Positions 1 to 10,009 of a stretch of 64,000 nucleotides of DNA are shown in pieces. The stretch comes from Bacteroidia bacterium (GTDB lineage Bacteria > Bacteroidota > Bacteroidia > M30B66): the NCBI GenBank assembly GCA_965279035.1, contig OZ257142.1, forward strand, positions 2,112,001-2,176,000, in the 5' to 3' direction. Position numbers and translations under genes: made by a program. A model generated the notes under the pieces. The model had not been told where the DNA came from, searched no databases, and saw only the letters and a list, made by a program, of their open reading frames with translations. Positions within the stretch are counted from its first letter, which is position 1, and each line of letters begins with the position of its first letter.

Positions 1-654
1 TTTGAAAATATTATGCGACAACAATGGTGGATTGGGATCTTTACCATTCACCCAGCCTTGATAATTATTGATTACATATTTAGAAAACTGTGTATTGGCT
101 TCGGTTTTCTGCATACGAAGAATTTCTTCCATGCCTTCTTCCTTGCTTTTATTCAATTCCAACTCCCAGAAAACTAATTTCTGATATACTTCTTTCCATT
201 CATCTATAGAAAGTCGATCGCTCAAGGTCATTCCTATACTTCGGAATTCTTGCTGATACGCACTCGAAGTTTTTTCACGTATCAATCGTTTATTCTCTAA
301 ATTCTTTTTTAGAGAAAGTAAAATCTGGTTTGGGTTGACAGGTTTAATTAAGTAATCAGAGATTTGAGAACCAATGGCGTCTTCCATGATATGCTCTTCC
401 TCACTTTTAGTTATCATAACAACTGGAACATCGTTCTTTAGCTGTTTGATTTTTACGAGTGTTTCCAATCCCGATAAACCCGGCATATTTTCATCTAAGA
501 AAACAATATCAAAATCTTGTTCCTTGAATAAATCGAGAGCATCATCTCCACAATTAGCCGTTTGAACATCATATCCTTTATCTCTTAAAAAGAGGATGTG
601 TGGTTTTAATAATTCAATTTCGTCGTCCGCCCAAAGTATGTTAATCTTGTCCAT
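1..654 (-). CDS. porX: PorX response regulator (receiver + PglZ/alkaline-phosphatase-like domain); N-terminal part only, truncated by the window edge
   Basis: Not in the ORF track. Manual minus-strand translation from the ATG at 654 gives MDKINILWADDEIELLKPHILFLRDKGYDV...FDIVFLDENMPGLSGLETL...VVMITKSEEEHIMEDAIGSQISDYLIKPVNPNQI, the typical PorX N-terminus. It is divergent from HD-lpxD as in other Bacteroidota. Confidence 0.9.
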   Translation of the reverse strand, partial: MDKINILWADDEIELLKPHILFLRDKGYDVQTANCGDDALDLFKEQDFDIVFLDENMPGLSGLETLVKIKQLKNDVPVVMITKSEEEHIMEDAIGSQISDYLIKPVNPNQILLSLKKNLENKRLIREKTSSAYQQEFRSIGMTLSDRLSIDEWKEVYQKLVFWELELNKSKEEGMEEILRMQKTEANTQFSKYVINNYQGWVNGKDPNPPLLSHNIFK

Positions 655-655
655 G

Positions 656-686
656 TATCTTTGCTGTAATTAGGTGTCCAAAAGTA
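656..686. promoter_or_regulatory. Overlapping divergent Bacteroidota sigma-A -7 elements (TAnnTTTG)
   Basis: TATCTTTG at 656-663 (+, towards the HD gene); CAAAAGTA at 679-686, read as TACTTTTG on the - strand (towards porX). Confidence 0.55.
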
Positions 687-715
687 CCTGATGAAACTGC
701 ACAAATCCGTTAATA

Positions 716-1966
716 TTGCCGGTGAACCTTACGCGAAACAAAAAAAAAATAGTGAATGATCCAGTATATGGTTTCATTTCTATTCCCGACGAATTACTTT
801 TTGATCTGATTGAACATCCTTGGTTTCAACGTTTACGGCGAATTCGTCAACTTGGACTAACTGATTATGTGTATCCTGGAGCACAACATACGCGATTTCA
901 TCATGCTTTGGGGGCGATGCATTTGATGGGTTTAGCTATTGAGAATCTTCGTTCTAAGGGACATGAGATAACTGATGAAGAATTTTTGGCTGCGCGTGCA
1001 GCAATTTTACTTCACGATATAGGTCATGGACCATTCTCTCATGCCTTGGAAAGTTCTATTGTGAATGGATTACATCACGAACAGTTGTCATTGTTATTTA
1101 TGCAAGAACTGAATCGTCAGTTTGATGGAAAGCTCTCAATGACAATTGATATTTTCACTGGAAATTATCCCAAACATTTTTTACATCAATTGGTTTCAAG
1201 TCAACTCGATGTAGATCGGCTTGATTATCTCAATCGAGATAGTTTCTATTCGGGCGTTGCTGAAGGAGCTGTTGGAGCTGAGCGAATAATAAAGATGATG
1301 GAAGTTGTTGATGACGAATTAGTTTTGGAAGAAAAAGGAATATACAGTATTGAAAAGTTTTTGCTTGCTCGTCGTTTAATGTATTGGCAAGTGTATTTAC
1401 ACAAGACTGTTTTATCTGCCGAAAATCTCTTATCAAATATGTTGAGAAGAGCTAAATTCCTCACTCAAAATGGGGAAGTAGTTTTTGCAACTAATAGTTT
1501 GAAGTACTTTCTAGAACATTCTATGTCATCTTCATCAGATGTTGGAAATTTAGAGCTTATACAACGATTCGCTCACTTGGATGATTATGATATATTTGCA
1601 TCCGCAAAAGAATGGATGACTCATTCCGACAAAATTCTTTCTGAGCTGAGTACCAGATTGATAGAGCGAAAGTTGTTTAAAATCAAATTAAACAATCAAC
1701 CATTTGACTTAATGGAAGTCGATGAGCTCGAATCAAAATGGCAGTTAAAAGGATTTACGGAAGAAGAGACAAAATATTTTGTCTTTACAGGAGGAATCAC
1801 AAACAGTGCTTACAAACAAGGTGAAGAAAAAATTAATATTTTACTCAAAAGCGGAAAAGTGCTCGACATTAGAGAAGCATCTGATCAACTTAGAATGTCA
1901 ATTTTTTCTGAATCAACACGGAAATACTTTTTGTGTTATCCCAAAGATTTAGACACGGTTCAATAG
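716..1966 (+). CDS. HD-domain phosphohydrolase (dNTP triphosphohydrolase-like); start may be GTG at 722
   Basis: Motifs DPVYGFI, QRLRRIRQLG, HTRFHHALG, LLHDIGHGPFSH, LDVDRLDYL. Confidence 0.9.
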   Translation: MPVNLTRNKKKIVNDPVYGFISIPDELLFDLIEHPWFQRLRRIRQLGLTDYVYPGAQHTRFHHALGAMHLMGLAIENLRSKGHEITDEEFLAARAAILLHDIGHGPFSHALESSIVNGLHHEQLSLLFMQELNRQFDGKLSMTIDIFTGNYPKHFLHQLVSSQLDVDRLDYLNRDSFYSGVAEGAVGAERIIKMMEVVDDELVLEEKGIYSIEKFLLARRLMYWQVYLHKTVLSAENLLSNMLRRAKFLTQNGEVVFATNSLKYFLEHSMSSSSDVGNLELIQRFAHLDDYDIFASAKEWMTHSDKILSELSTRLIERKLFKIKLNNQPFDLMEVDELESKWQLKGFTEEETKYFVFTGGITNSAYKQGEEKINILLKSGKVLDIREASDQLRMSIFSESTRKYFLCYPKDLDTVQ

Positions 1967-1972
1967 ATACGA

Positions 1973-3019
1973 ATGGAATTTACAGCGCAACAGTTAGCCG
2001 AGCTGCTTCAGGGCAGAGTAGAAGGAGACCCGGGAGTTCGGGTGAATCGTTTAGCGAAAATTGAAGAAGGAGAACCTGGTTCTTTAACATTTCTAGCAAA
2101 TCCTAAGTACGAGGATTTTATATATTCAACCAAGGCTTCCCTAGTAATAGTAAACGATTCATTTATTCCTGATCGTCCTATTTCAACCAACTTGATAAAA
2201 GTAAAGGACGCTTATAAAAGTTTTGCTGTATTACTCGATACGTACAACAAAATCAGCCAAAACAGATCAGGAAGAGAGGAGCCCCACACTATTGCAGCTT
2301 CTGCCCGAATCGGAGAAAATCCTTACATCGGTGCTTTTGTCTACATCGGCGAAAATTCGATAATTGGAAACAATGTTAAATTATATCCCGGAGTATATAT
2401 TGGGGACAATGTTTCTATTGGTGATGACACCATGTTATTTCCAGGAGTAAAGGTGTATTCGGATTGTAAAATTGGAAAAGATTGTCGTATCCATTCAGGA
2501 GTAGTTATTGGCGGCGATGGATTTGGATTTGCGCCTCAAGACGACTCGAATTATTTGAAGGTTGCCCAGATTGGGAATGTGATAATAGAAGATCATGTTG
2601 AAATTGGTTCGAACACAACCATTGATAGAGCAACATTAGGTTCCACAATTATTCGAAAAGGTGTTAAGCTGGATAATCTAATTCAAATAGCACATAATGT
2701 TGAAATTGGTGAACACACTGTGATTGCAGCTCAAACTGGAATAGCTGGTTCTACTAAAATTGGACGTTTTTGTATGATTGGCGGTCAAGTAGGAATTGTT
2801 GGACACCTAGTTATTGCAGATAAGGTGAAAATTGCGGCCCAATCAGGTATCGGTTCTAGTATTGTCAAAGAAGGTGAAATTATTCAAGGTTCTCCTGCGT
2901 TCTTTATTGGAGACTATAAAAAATCGTATGTCGGTTTTAGGAAATTACCTGAGCTGATGATAAAAATCGAAGAACTCGAGCGAAAGCTGGAAGAATTGCA
3001 AAAGCAGAACAATGGCTGA
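1973..3019 (+). CDS. lpxD: UDP-3-O-(3-hydroxyacyl)glucosamine N-acyltransferase
   Basis: Hexapeptide repeats, GDGFGF, IDRATLGST, KLDNLIQIAHNV. Confidence 0.97.
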   Translation: MEFTAQQLAELLQGRVEGDPGVRVNRLAKIEEGEPGSLTFLANPKYEDFIYSTKASLVIVNDSFIPDRPISTNLIKVKDAYKSFAVLLDTYNKISQNRSGREEPHTIAASARIGENPYIGAFVYIGENSIIGNNVKLYPGVYIGDNVSIGDDTMLFPGVKVYSDCKIGKDCRIHSGVVIGGDGFGFAPQDDSNYLKVAQIGNVIIEDHVEIGSNTTIDRATLGSTIIRKGVKLDNLIQIAHNVEIGEHTVIAAQTGIAGSTKIGRFCMIGGQVGIVGHLVIADKVKIAAQSGIGSSIVKEGEIIQGSPAFFIGDYKKSYVGFRKLPELMIKIEELERKLEELQKQNNG

Positions 3020-4421
3020 AAAACAACAAACAATTGCTAAGCGTCAATCTATACGCGGAGTTGGCTTACACACTGGGGTTCAAGTGGAATTAACATTTGT
3101 TCCCGCTCCTGAAAATTATGGAATCCGATTCATTCGAGTTGATTTAGAAGGACAACCTGAAATAGCTGCAGATGTAGATAATGTAGTTGAAACTTCGCGT
3201 GGAACTACCATCGCAGTGAATGAAGCTAAGGTTTCAACAGTTGAACATGCATTAGCTGCTGCTGCAGGACTCCAAATTGACAATTTGATTATTGAAATCA
3301 ATGGTCCCGAGGTTCCAATTTTAGATGGAAGCGCTCGATTTTTCATCGAATCATTGGAAGAAGCAGGCATTGTTGAACAAGATGCAGAACGCGATTATTA
3401 TGAGTTGAAAACCAATGTGTTTTTTACTGATCCCGCTCGAAATGTTGAGATAATGGCTGTGCCTTCTGATACATATAAGGTGAAAGTTATGATCGACTTT
3501 AATAGTCGTGTACTTGGATTTCAGCATGCTCAATTAAATAACATTGTTGAATTTAAAGATGAAGTTGCATCCTGTAGAACCTTTGTATTTCTGCATGAGT
3601 TGAAAATGCTTTTTGAGAATAATTTGATAAAGGGTGGAGATCTAAGTAATGCCATCGTTTACGTTGATCGTCAGCTTTCTGTTGAAGATCAAAATGTCCT
3701 TTCAAAATTGTTCAATCGTAACGACCTAACAGTTACCAACGAAGGCACATTGAATAATGTTGAAATTAAATATCAAAATGAAGCCGCTCGTCATAAATTA
3801 TTGGATGTAGTTGGAGATCTTTCACTTATTGGAAGACCACTAAAAGCTACAATCATAGCAACTCGCCCTGGTCATGCTGCCAATATAGAGTTTGCTAAAA
3901 AAATAAAGCAATTGATCAAAGCTGAACGAAATCGTAAAACCGAACTTCAACCCTACGATCTATCTCAAACACCGCTTTATAACATTAATGATATTAGTAG
4001 AATTCTTCCACATCGACATCCTTTTCTATTGATTGATAAAATCATGGAAATGAGCGAAAGCCATGTAGTTGGTGTAAAGAATGTAACGATGAATGAGGAT
4101 TTTTTCAGAGGACATTTTCCTGGAAATCCTGTGATGCCAGGCGTTCTTATAATTGAAGCAATGGCTCAATGTGGTGGAATTCTAGTTTTAAATACTGTTC
4201 CAGATCCTGAAAATTATCTTACCTATTTCATGAAAATAGATAATGTAAAATTCAAACAAAAAGTAATTCCAGGTGATACACTTGTTTTCAAATTGGAATT
4301 GATTTCACCAATTCGTAGAGGTATTTGTCACATGCGTGGAGTTGCATATGTAAACAATAAACCGGTTACAGAAGCCGAAATGATGGCTCAAATTGTTAAA
4401 GAGAAAGGTTTAAGCAATTAA
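3012..4421 (+). CDS. lpxC-fabZ: Bifunctional LpxC deacetylase / FabZ dehydratase
   Basis: N-terminal GVGLHTG, TVEH and RHKLLDVVGDL (LpxC); C-terminal LPHRHPFLLID and FFRGHFPGNPVMPGVLIIEAMAQ (FabZ). Confidence 0.97.
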   Translation: MAEKQQTIAKRQSIRGVGLHTGVQVELTFVPAPENYGIRFIRVDLEGQPEIAADVDNVVETSRGTTIAVNEAKVSTVEHALAAAAGLQIDNLIIEINGPEVPILDGSARFFIESLEEAGIVEQDAERDYYELKTNVFFTDPARNVEIMAVPSDTYKVKVMIDFNSRVLGFQHAQLNNIVEFKDEVASCRTFVFLHELKMLFENNLIKGGDLSNAIVYVDRQLSVEDQNVLSKLFNRNDLTVTNEGTLNNVEIKYQNEAARHKLLDVVGDLSLIGRPLKATIIATRPGHAANIEFAKKIKQLIKAERNRKTELQPYDLSQTPLYNINDISRILPHRHPFLLIDKIMEMSESHVVGVKNVTMNEDFFRGHFPGNPVMPGVLIIEAMAQCGGILVLNTVPDPENYLTYFMKIDNVKFKQKVIPGDTLVFKLELISPIRRGICHMRGVAYVNNKPVTEAEMMAQIVKEKGLSN

Positions 4422-4456
4422 TTACAAAAGCCTACATTTGGCTCCTAAATATAGGA

Positions 4457-5242
4457 ATGAATCAACCACTCGCTTCTATTCATCCCGATGCTAAAATCGG
4501 TGAAGGTGTTACCATCAGCCCTTTTGTAACTATTTATGGTGATGTTGTCATCGGCGATGGTACTTGGATTGGTCCCAATGTTACCATTATGGATGGTGCT
4601 CGCATTGGGAAAAACTGTCGAATTTTTCCCGGTGCTGTAATTTCAGCAATCCCGCAGGATCTTAAATTCAATGGAGAAATAACTACTGTTGAAATCGGTG
4701 ATTATACAACCATTCGAGAATGTGCAACAATCAATCGAGGCACTGTCGACAGAATGAAAACCGTTGTTGGCCACCATACAAACATAATGGCATATGCTCA
4801 TGTGGCTCATGATTGCATTGTAGGAAATTATTGCATCTTAGGAAATGCTGTAAATATGGCTGGACACGTTGTTGTTGATGACTATACCGTTTTGAGTGGC
4901 ATGTCGGCGATACATCAATTTGTTCACATTGGTGCTCATGTTATGGTTTCTGGTGGTTCATTAGTGAGAAAAGATATTCCGCCTTTTGTAAAAGCAGCAC
5001 GCGAACCAATGTCTTACGTAGGTATTAACTCGATTGGACTTCGTCGCAGAGGATTTAGTAACGAACGAATTAGCGAAATTCAGGATATATATCGTGTTCT
5101 TTTTCAAAGTGGGTTGAATACAACCAAAGCAATTCAAAAAATTGAAACAGACATGCCTGCAAGTCCAGAACGAGACGAAATCGTTTTATTTGTTCAAGCT
5201 GCTCGAAGAGGTATTATTCGGGGTTATGGATCTGAAGAATAG
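4457..5242 (+). CDS. lpxA: Acyl-ACP--UDP-N-acetylglucosamine O-acyltransferase
   Basis: PQDLKF, IRECATINRGT, HVAHDC, GINSIGLRRRGF. Confidence 0.97.
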   Translation: MNQPLASIHPDAKIGEGVTISPFVTIYGDVVIGDGTWIGPNVTIMDGARIGKNCRIFPGAVISAIPQDLKFNGEITTVEIGDYTTIRECATINRGTVDRMKTVVGHHTNIMAYAHVAHDCIVGNYCILGNAVNMAGHVVVDDYTVLSGMSAIHQFVHIGAHVMVSGGSLVRKDIPPFVKAAREPMSYVGINSIGLRRRGFSNERISEIQDIYRVLFQSGLNTTKAIQKIETDMPASPERDEIVLFVQAARRGIIRGYGSEE

Positions 5243-5256
5243 AAACCATCAATGAG

Positions 5257-5880
5257 ATGGAAATAATTCTGAATGAAGTAGGTAAGAGATATAACTTCAA
5301 CTGGATATTCAACAATCTAAGTTTGAATATTTCAGAAAATCAACGCATCGTTTTTTTAGGTGCTAATGGAAGTGGAAAATCTACTTTACTTCAGATTATT
5401 TCAGGTGCTGTTCTAAATTCAACAGGCACAATTCAATGGATGCACAATGGGATGGAGATTCAACCTGAATTCGTCTATCAACAGGTCAGTATCGCAGCTC
5501 CTTATCTTGAATTAATTGAGGAATTCACATTGAAAGAGCTTATACGATTTCATTTTTCAATTAAGAAATCGCGAAATGGATTATCTGTAGATCAAATCAT
5601 AAAAATGACTGGTTTGCACAAAGCTGCTGATCGAAGAATTAGCTATTTCTCAAGTGGAATGCGCCAACGTGTTCGGCTATCTCTAGCTTTATTAAGTGAT
5701 ACTCCTTTGGTATTGTTAGATGAGCCTTTGTCAAATCTCGACTCAAATGCTGCTTTGTGGTATCGTGATTTGATTGAAGAATTTGGGAACGATAGAACTA
5801 TTATTGTTAGCTCAAACCATCAAGAAAATGAATTTTCATTCTGTACTCAGAGTTTGACTATTGAAGATTATCATTTGTAA
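5257..5880 (+). CDS. ABC-type ATP-binding protein
   Basis: Walker A GANGSGKS, signature FSSGMRQR, Walker B LVLLDEP. Confidence 0.9.
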   Translation: MEIILNEVGKRYNFNWIFNNLSLNISENQRIVFLGANGSGKSTLLQIISGAVLNSTGTIQWMHNGMEIQPEFVYQQVSIAAPYLELIEEFTLKELIRFHFSIKKSRNGLSVDQIIKMTGLHKAADRRISYFSSGMRQRVRLSLALLSDTPLVLLDEPLSNLDSNAALWYRDLIEEFGNDRTIIVSSNHQENEFSFCTQSLTIEDYHL

Positions 5881-6383
5881 TGCGCATTGGTCTATTATCC
5901 GATACACATAGTTATCTCGATAAAGGAATTCTTCGAAATTTAGAATCGTGTGATGAAATATGGCATGCGGGTGATATTGGTTCGATCGAAGTTACCAATC
6001 AATTGGCAGAATTAAAGCCTATCAGAGCAGTTTATGGGAATATTGATGATGCAGAATTACGAAGATCTTTTCCTGAAGATTTAAGATTTAATTGCGAAGG
6101 AATGGATGTCCTCATTACGCATATCGGAGGTTATCCTGGTCGTTATTCATTGCATGCAGCAGATTTAATTAAAAGTAATCCTCCGCAGCTTTTTATTTGT
6201 GGACATTCCCATATTTTGAAAGTTATACCTGATAATAAATACAAACTATTACACATAAATCCTGGCGCCGCAGGACAACATGGTTTTCATCTTATTCGAA
6301 CTCTAATTCGGTTTTCAATTGATGAAGGTAAAATTCATAGTCTTGAAGCAGTTGAATTAGGCAAAAGAGGCTTTTTGGGTTAA
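5880..6383 (+). CDS. YfcE-like metallophosphoesterase
   Basis: LSDTH, HAGDIG, VYGNID, GHSH, NPG motifs. Confidence 0.9.
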   Translation: MRIGLLSDTHSYLDKGILRNLESCDEIWHAGDIGSIEVTNQLAELKPIRAVYGNIDDAELRRSFPEDLRFNCEGMDVLITHIGGYPGRYSLHAADLIKSNPPQLFICGHSHILKVIPDNKYKLLHINPGAAGQHGFHLIRTLIRFSIDEGKIHSLEAVELGKRGFLG

Positions 6384-7468
6384 ACTTCAATTTCTTTTGG
6401 GAAAACAATATTTAAGTTAGCTGCTAGTATCTGAAGATCTTGAATCACTTTCTCATTGAATGGAATTCCATTGTTTCTTCTAAATATTTCCATTTCTCTT
6501 TCTGGATCTCCCGGTATAATTACCTTTTCTTGACTTGAAACTGTTTTAGCATTTCTAAACGTTCGAATCCAATTATCCATATTGGAAAGAAAATCATTCG
6601 CAGGCCGAAAGGCATCAATCCTCATTGCTCCAAAGAAATGACCAATTCCTTCACCAACTGGATCTGAAGGTGGATCTAGAAATGCAACAAAAGGAGGAAC
6701 CCAAGGTCCATAGTTAGCTCCTGACAATACAGCTGAAAATATATCTACTACAGCTCCTAAACAGTAGCCTTTATGACTACCGTGTTCTTTATCTCCACCT
6801 AAAGGTAATAAAGCACCACCTGAAGCAAGTGCAAAAGGATCATTAGTATTATTACCTTCTTTCGTTTGAATCCAGCCATCAGGAGCTTCTTTTCCTGTAC
6901 GTTGAAGAATTTCTAGTTTACCATTAGCAGCTGTTGTTGTTGCAAAATCAGCAACAAAGGGAGGTTCTTTATCTGCGGGAATAGCAAAAGCCATTGGGTT
7001 TGTCCCCAGTAATCTTTCAATTGACCACGTAGGAGCTACCAAAGGGCTGGCATTGGTCATCGCTATTCCTATCATATTTTCTTTTATTGCCATCATCGCA
7101 TGCTCTCCTGCAATACCAAAATGGTTTGATCCTTTTACTGCAACCCAGCCGGTTCCAGCTTTTCGGGCTTTTTCTATAGCAATCTTCATGGCATAGGGTG
7201 CAGCAACCAAACCAAGAGCACCATCAGCATTTACTGTTGCAGTTGAAGGTGTTTCATATATAATATGAATGTTGGGTTGTGTATTTATTCTGCCTTTTTC
7301 CCATAATCTTAGATAACCACTTAATCGAGCTAATCCATGAGAATCAATACCTCTCAAATCGGCCGATAATAAAACAGTTGAAGCTGTGTTTGCATCGTTT
7401 TCAGAACAACCCATTTTTAAGAAAACTAGGTTTGCAAACAATAGCAATGAATTATAGGAGTATGTCAT
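6380..7468 (-). CDS. Ldh_2 family (type-2 malate/L-lactate dehydrogenase) oxidoreductase
   Basis: ADLRGIDSHG, SNHFG, GTNP, GSHKGYCL, IPGDPE. Confidence 0.9.
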   Translation of the reverse strand: MTYSYNSLLLFANLVFLKMGCSENDANTASTVLLSADLRGIDSHGLARLSGYLRLWEKGRINTQPNIHIIYETPSTATVNADGALGLVAAPYAMKIAIEKARKAGTGWVAVKGSNHFGIAGEHAMMAIKENMIGIAMTNASPLVAPTWSIERLLGTNPMAFAIPADKEPPFVADFATTTAANGKLEILQRTGKEAPDGWIQTKEGNNTNDPFALASGGALLPLGGDKEHGSHKGYCLGAVVDIFSAVLSGANYGPWVPPFVAFLDPPSDPVGEGIGHFFGAMRIDAFRPANDFLSNMDNWIRTFRNAKTVSSQEKVIIPGDPEREMEIFRRNNGIPFNEKVIQDLQILAANLNIVFPKEIEV

Positions 7469-7606
7469 TGAATAGTTTAAAGGATATTAACATTGATTTT
7501 GGTAAACTTTCGTGAATCCCAATCGCACAAATATATAATTTAGCGATTCTTGTCATCGGGATTTTCTTATTGATTCTCGAATTGTCAAATCATAAACTTC
7601 TTTACT

Positions 7607-7906
7607 ATGAAAGTGAATATCCAATCCGTGCATTTCAATGCCGACCAAAAATTGCTTGATTTTATTGAATCAAAACTTCAAAAACTCTCAACTCATTATG
7701 ATAAGATAATTGAAAGTGAAGTAACTCTCCGCTTAGATAATGCAAGTAATAATGAAAATAAAATTGTAGAAATCAGGCTTCATGTTCCTGGAAATGATCT
7801 TTTTGCCAAAAGACAATGTTCAACATTTGAAGAAGCCGTAGACGAATCAATAGATGCATTAAGAAACCAAATGATTAAGCATAAAGAAAAAATTCGGCAG
7901 GTCTAA
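7607..7906 (+). CDS. hpf: Ribosome hibernation factor HPF/RaiA
   Basis: MKVNIQSVHFNADQKL...NKIVEIRLHVPGNDLFAK...FEEAVD; lies before the tRNA-tuf cluster. Confidence 0.92.
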   Translation: MKVNIQSVHFNADQKLLDFIESKLQKLSTHYDKIIESEVTLRLDNASNNENKIVEIRLHVPGNDLFAKRQCSTFEEAVDESIDALRNQMIKHKEKIRQV

Positions 7907-7970
7907 AATTCTGATTTTAAAGATATTGATTTCTGCGATTTGATTTAAGTAGCAGAAATTTTAAAAAATG

Positions 7971-8001
7971 TTTGGTGGGAATGATTTCTTACCTACATTT
8001 G
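7971..8001 (+). promoter_or_regulatory. Canonical Bacteroidota promoter for the tRNA-tuf operon
   Basis: TTTG (7971-7974), 19-nt spacer, TACATTTG (7994-8001). Confidence 0.75.
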
Positions 8002-8062
8002 CACACCTTTTTTGAAGGGTGATACATGCAAGTACATGTGCCAATCTTTAAAAAAGGTAAAA

Positions 8063-8135
8063 GCCGAAGTAGCTCAGCTGGTAGAGCAGCTGATTTGTAA
8101 TCAGCTGGTCGGGGGTTCGAGTCCCTTCTTCGGCT
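8063..8135 (+). tRNA. tRNA-Thr(TGT)
   Basis: Acceptor GCCGAAG/CTTCGGC, anticodon arm CTGAT-TTGTAA-TCAG, GGTTCGAGTC T-loop; CCA not encoded. Confidence 0.95.
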
Positions 8136-8177
8136 CTGTTCTTTGTAGTTATTATTTTTTATTTCTTCAAAGAGGTT

Positions 8178-8262
8178 GGGGAGATAGTCAAGCGGTCAAC
8201 GACAACAGACTGTAAATCTGTCCTCTCCGAGTTCGAAGGTTCGAATCCTTCTCTCCCCACCA
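8178..8262 (+). tRNA. tRNA-Tyr(GTA)
   Basis: Acceptor GGGGAGA/TCTCCCC, anticodon arm ACAGA-CTGTAAA-TCTGT, long variable arm, ACCA end. Confidence 0.95.
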
Positions 8263-8319
8263 AGGAAAAGAGATCAGGATGTATTGGATATCTGAATTTC
8301 AGAAAGAAAATACAAACAA

Positions 8320-8395
8320 GCGGAAGTAGCTCATTTGGTAGAGCGTCAGCCTTCCAAGCTGAGGGTAGCGAGTTCGAGCCTCGTCTTCCGCTCCA
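8320..8395 (+). tRNA. tRNA-Gly(TCC)
   Basis: Acceptor GCGGAAG/CTTCCGC, anticodon arm TCAGC-CTTCCAA-GCTGA, TCCA end. Confidence 0.95.
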
Positions 8396-8456
8396 AATCT
8401 TCTTCCCTATTTATCTGGAGTCACTAGATAAATAGGGAAGGCCTTTTCTCCTTAAA

Positions 8457-8531
8457 GCCGATGTAGCTCAGGGGTAGAGTACTTCCTTGGTAAGGAAGGG
8501 GTCACGGGTTCAAATCCCGTCATTGGCTCCA
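8457..8531 (+). tRNA. tRNA-Thr(GGT)
   Basis: Acceptor GCCGATG/CATTGGC, anticodon arm CTTCC-TTGGTAA-GGAAG, TCCA end. Confidence 0.95.
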
Positions 8532-8610
8532 CAATACAATGAATATAACCGTTTGAAATTCAAACAACACCAAACAAACACACTCAAATCAACAAAACAA
8601 ATAAATAGCC

Positions 8611-9798
8611 ATGGCTAAAGAAAAATTCGACCGTTCCAAACCACACGTAAACATCGGAACCATTGGTCACGTTGACCACGGTAAAACAACGTTGACAGCT
8701 GCGATTACAACAGTGCTTGCGGCAGCTGGTCTGTCTGAAGCGCGTTCATTCGATTCAATTGATAATGCTCCGGAAGAAAAAGAACGTGGTATTACAATCA
8801 ATACATCACACGTTGAATATACTACAGCAAACCGTCACTACGCTCACGTTGACTGTCCAGGTCACGCGGATTATGTAAAGAACATGGTTACTGGTGCTGC
8901 CCAAATGGATGGTGCTATCCTTGTTGTTGCTGCTACTGATGGTCCAATGCCTCAAACACGTGAACACATCCTTCTTGCTCGTCAGGTTGGTGTACCTAAA
9001 CTTGTTGTATTCATGAACAAGGTGGATATGGTTGATGACGAAGAGCTTCTTGAGCTAGTTGAAATGGAAATTCGTGAGTTATTGACATTCTATCAATTTG
9101 ATGGTGATAATACTCCAATCATCCGCGGTTCAGCTCTTGGTGGATTGAATAATGATGCTAAATGGGTTCCTAAAATTCTTGAATTGATGGAAGCTGTTGA
9201 TAATTTCATTCCAATTCCTCCACGTCAGGTTGACCTTCCTTTCTTAATGCCAGTTGAAGATGTATTCTCGATCACAGGTCGTGGTACTGTTGCTACTGGT
9301 CGTATCGAAAGAGGAGTTGTAAACTCTGGTGAAGAGGTTGAAATCCTTGGAATGCAAGTTGAAAAACTTAAATCAGTTGTTACAGGGGTTGAGATGTTCC
9401 GTAAAATTCTTGACCGTGGTGAAGCTGGTGATAACGTAGGTCTACTTCTACGTGGTATCGATAAAGAAGCTATCCGTCGTGGAATGGTTATCGCAAAACC
9501 AGGATCAATTACTCCTCACACTGTTTTCAAAGCAGAGGTGTACATTTTGAAAAAAGAAGAAGGTGGACGTCACACTCCATTCCATAACAAATATCGTCCT
9601 CAGTTTTACTTACGTACAACTGACGTAACAGGAGAAATCATGTTACCTGAAGGTCGCGAAATGGTTGTACCTGGAGATAACGTTACAATTGAGGTAACTT
9701 TAATTGTACCAGTTGCTATGGACAAAGGACTTCGTTTTGCGATTCGTGAAGGTGGTCGTACAGTAGGTGCAGGACAGGTTACAGAGATCATTAAATAG
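8611..9798 (+). CDS. tuf: Elongation factor Tu
   Basis: [26 protein letters not shown]. Confidence 0.99.
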   Translation: MAKEKFDRSKPHVNIGTIGHVDHGKTTLTAAITTVLAAAGLSEARSFDSIDNAPEEKERGITINTSHVEYTTANRHYAHVDCPGHADYVKNMVTGAAQMDGAILVVAATDGPMPQTREHILLARQVGVPKLVVFMNKVDMVDDEELLELVEMEIRELLTFYQFDGDNTPIIRGSALGGLNNDAKWVPKILELMEAVDNFIPIPPRQVDLPFLMPVEDVFSITGRGTVATGRIERGVVNSGEEVEILGMQVEKLKSVVTGVEMFRKILDRGEAGDNVGLLLRGIDKEAIRRGMVIAKPGSITPHTVFKAEVYILKKEEGGRHTPFHNKYRPQFYLRTTDVTGEIMLPEGREMVVPGDNVTIEVTLIVPVAMDKGLRFAIREGGRTVGAGQVTEIIK

Positions 9799-9920
9799 TA
9801 AACCGGTATTCCGGTAAACAGGTAATTTAAAAGGTGCTTCGGTCATCATTGACCGGGCACCTTTTCGCCCTGTTTAGTGGAATCTAAATGAATTCAGTTT
9901 ATACTGATTTCTTTTAACAT

Positions 9921-9993
9921 ACGGGTGTAGCTCAATTGGTAGAGTAGTGGTCTCCAAAACCATTGGCTGGGGGTTCGAGTCCCTCCTCCCGTG
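9921..9993 (+). tRNA. tRNA-Trp(CCA)
   Basis: Anticodon loop CTCCAAA, T arm GGGGG-TTCGAGT-CCCTC; conserved position between tuf and secE. Confidence 0.93.
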
Positions 9994-10009
9994 CAAAACT
10001 TTGAAAAGA

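Noticed and set aside
3012-4421. LpxC-FabZ fusion as a novelty
   Set aside because: This fusion is a standard feature of Bacteroidota.
8012-8215. ORF-track 67-aa ORF, and similar ORFs at 9894-10076 and 56766-56993
   Set aside because: They overlap tRNA genes and are spurious translations.
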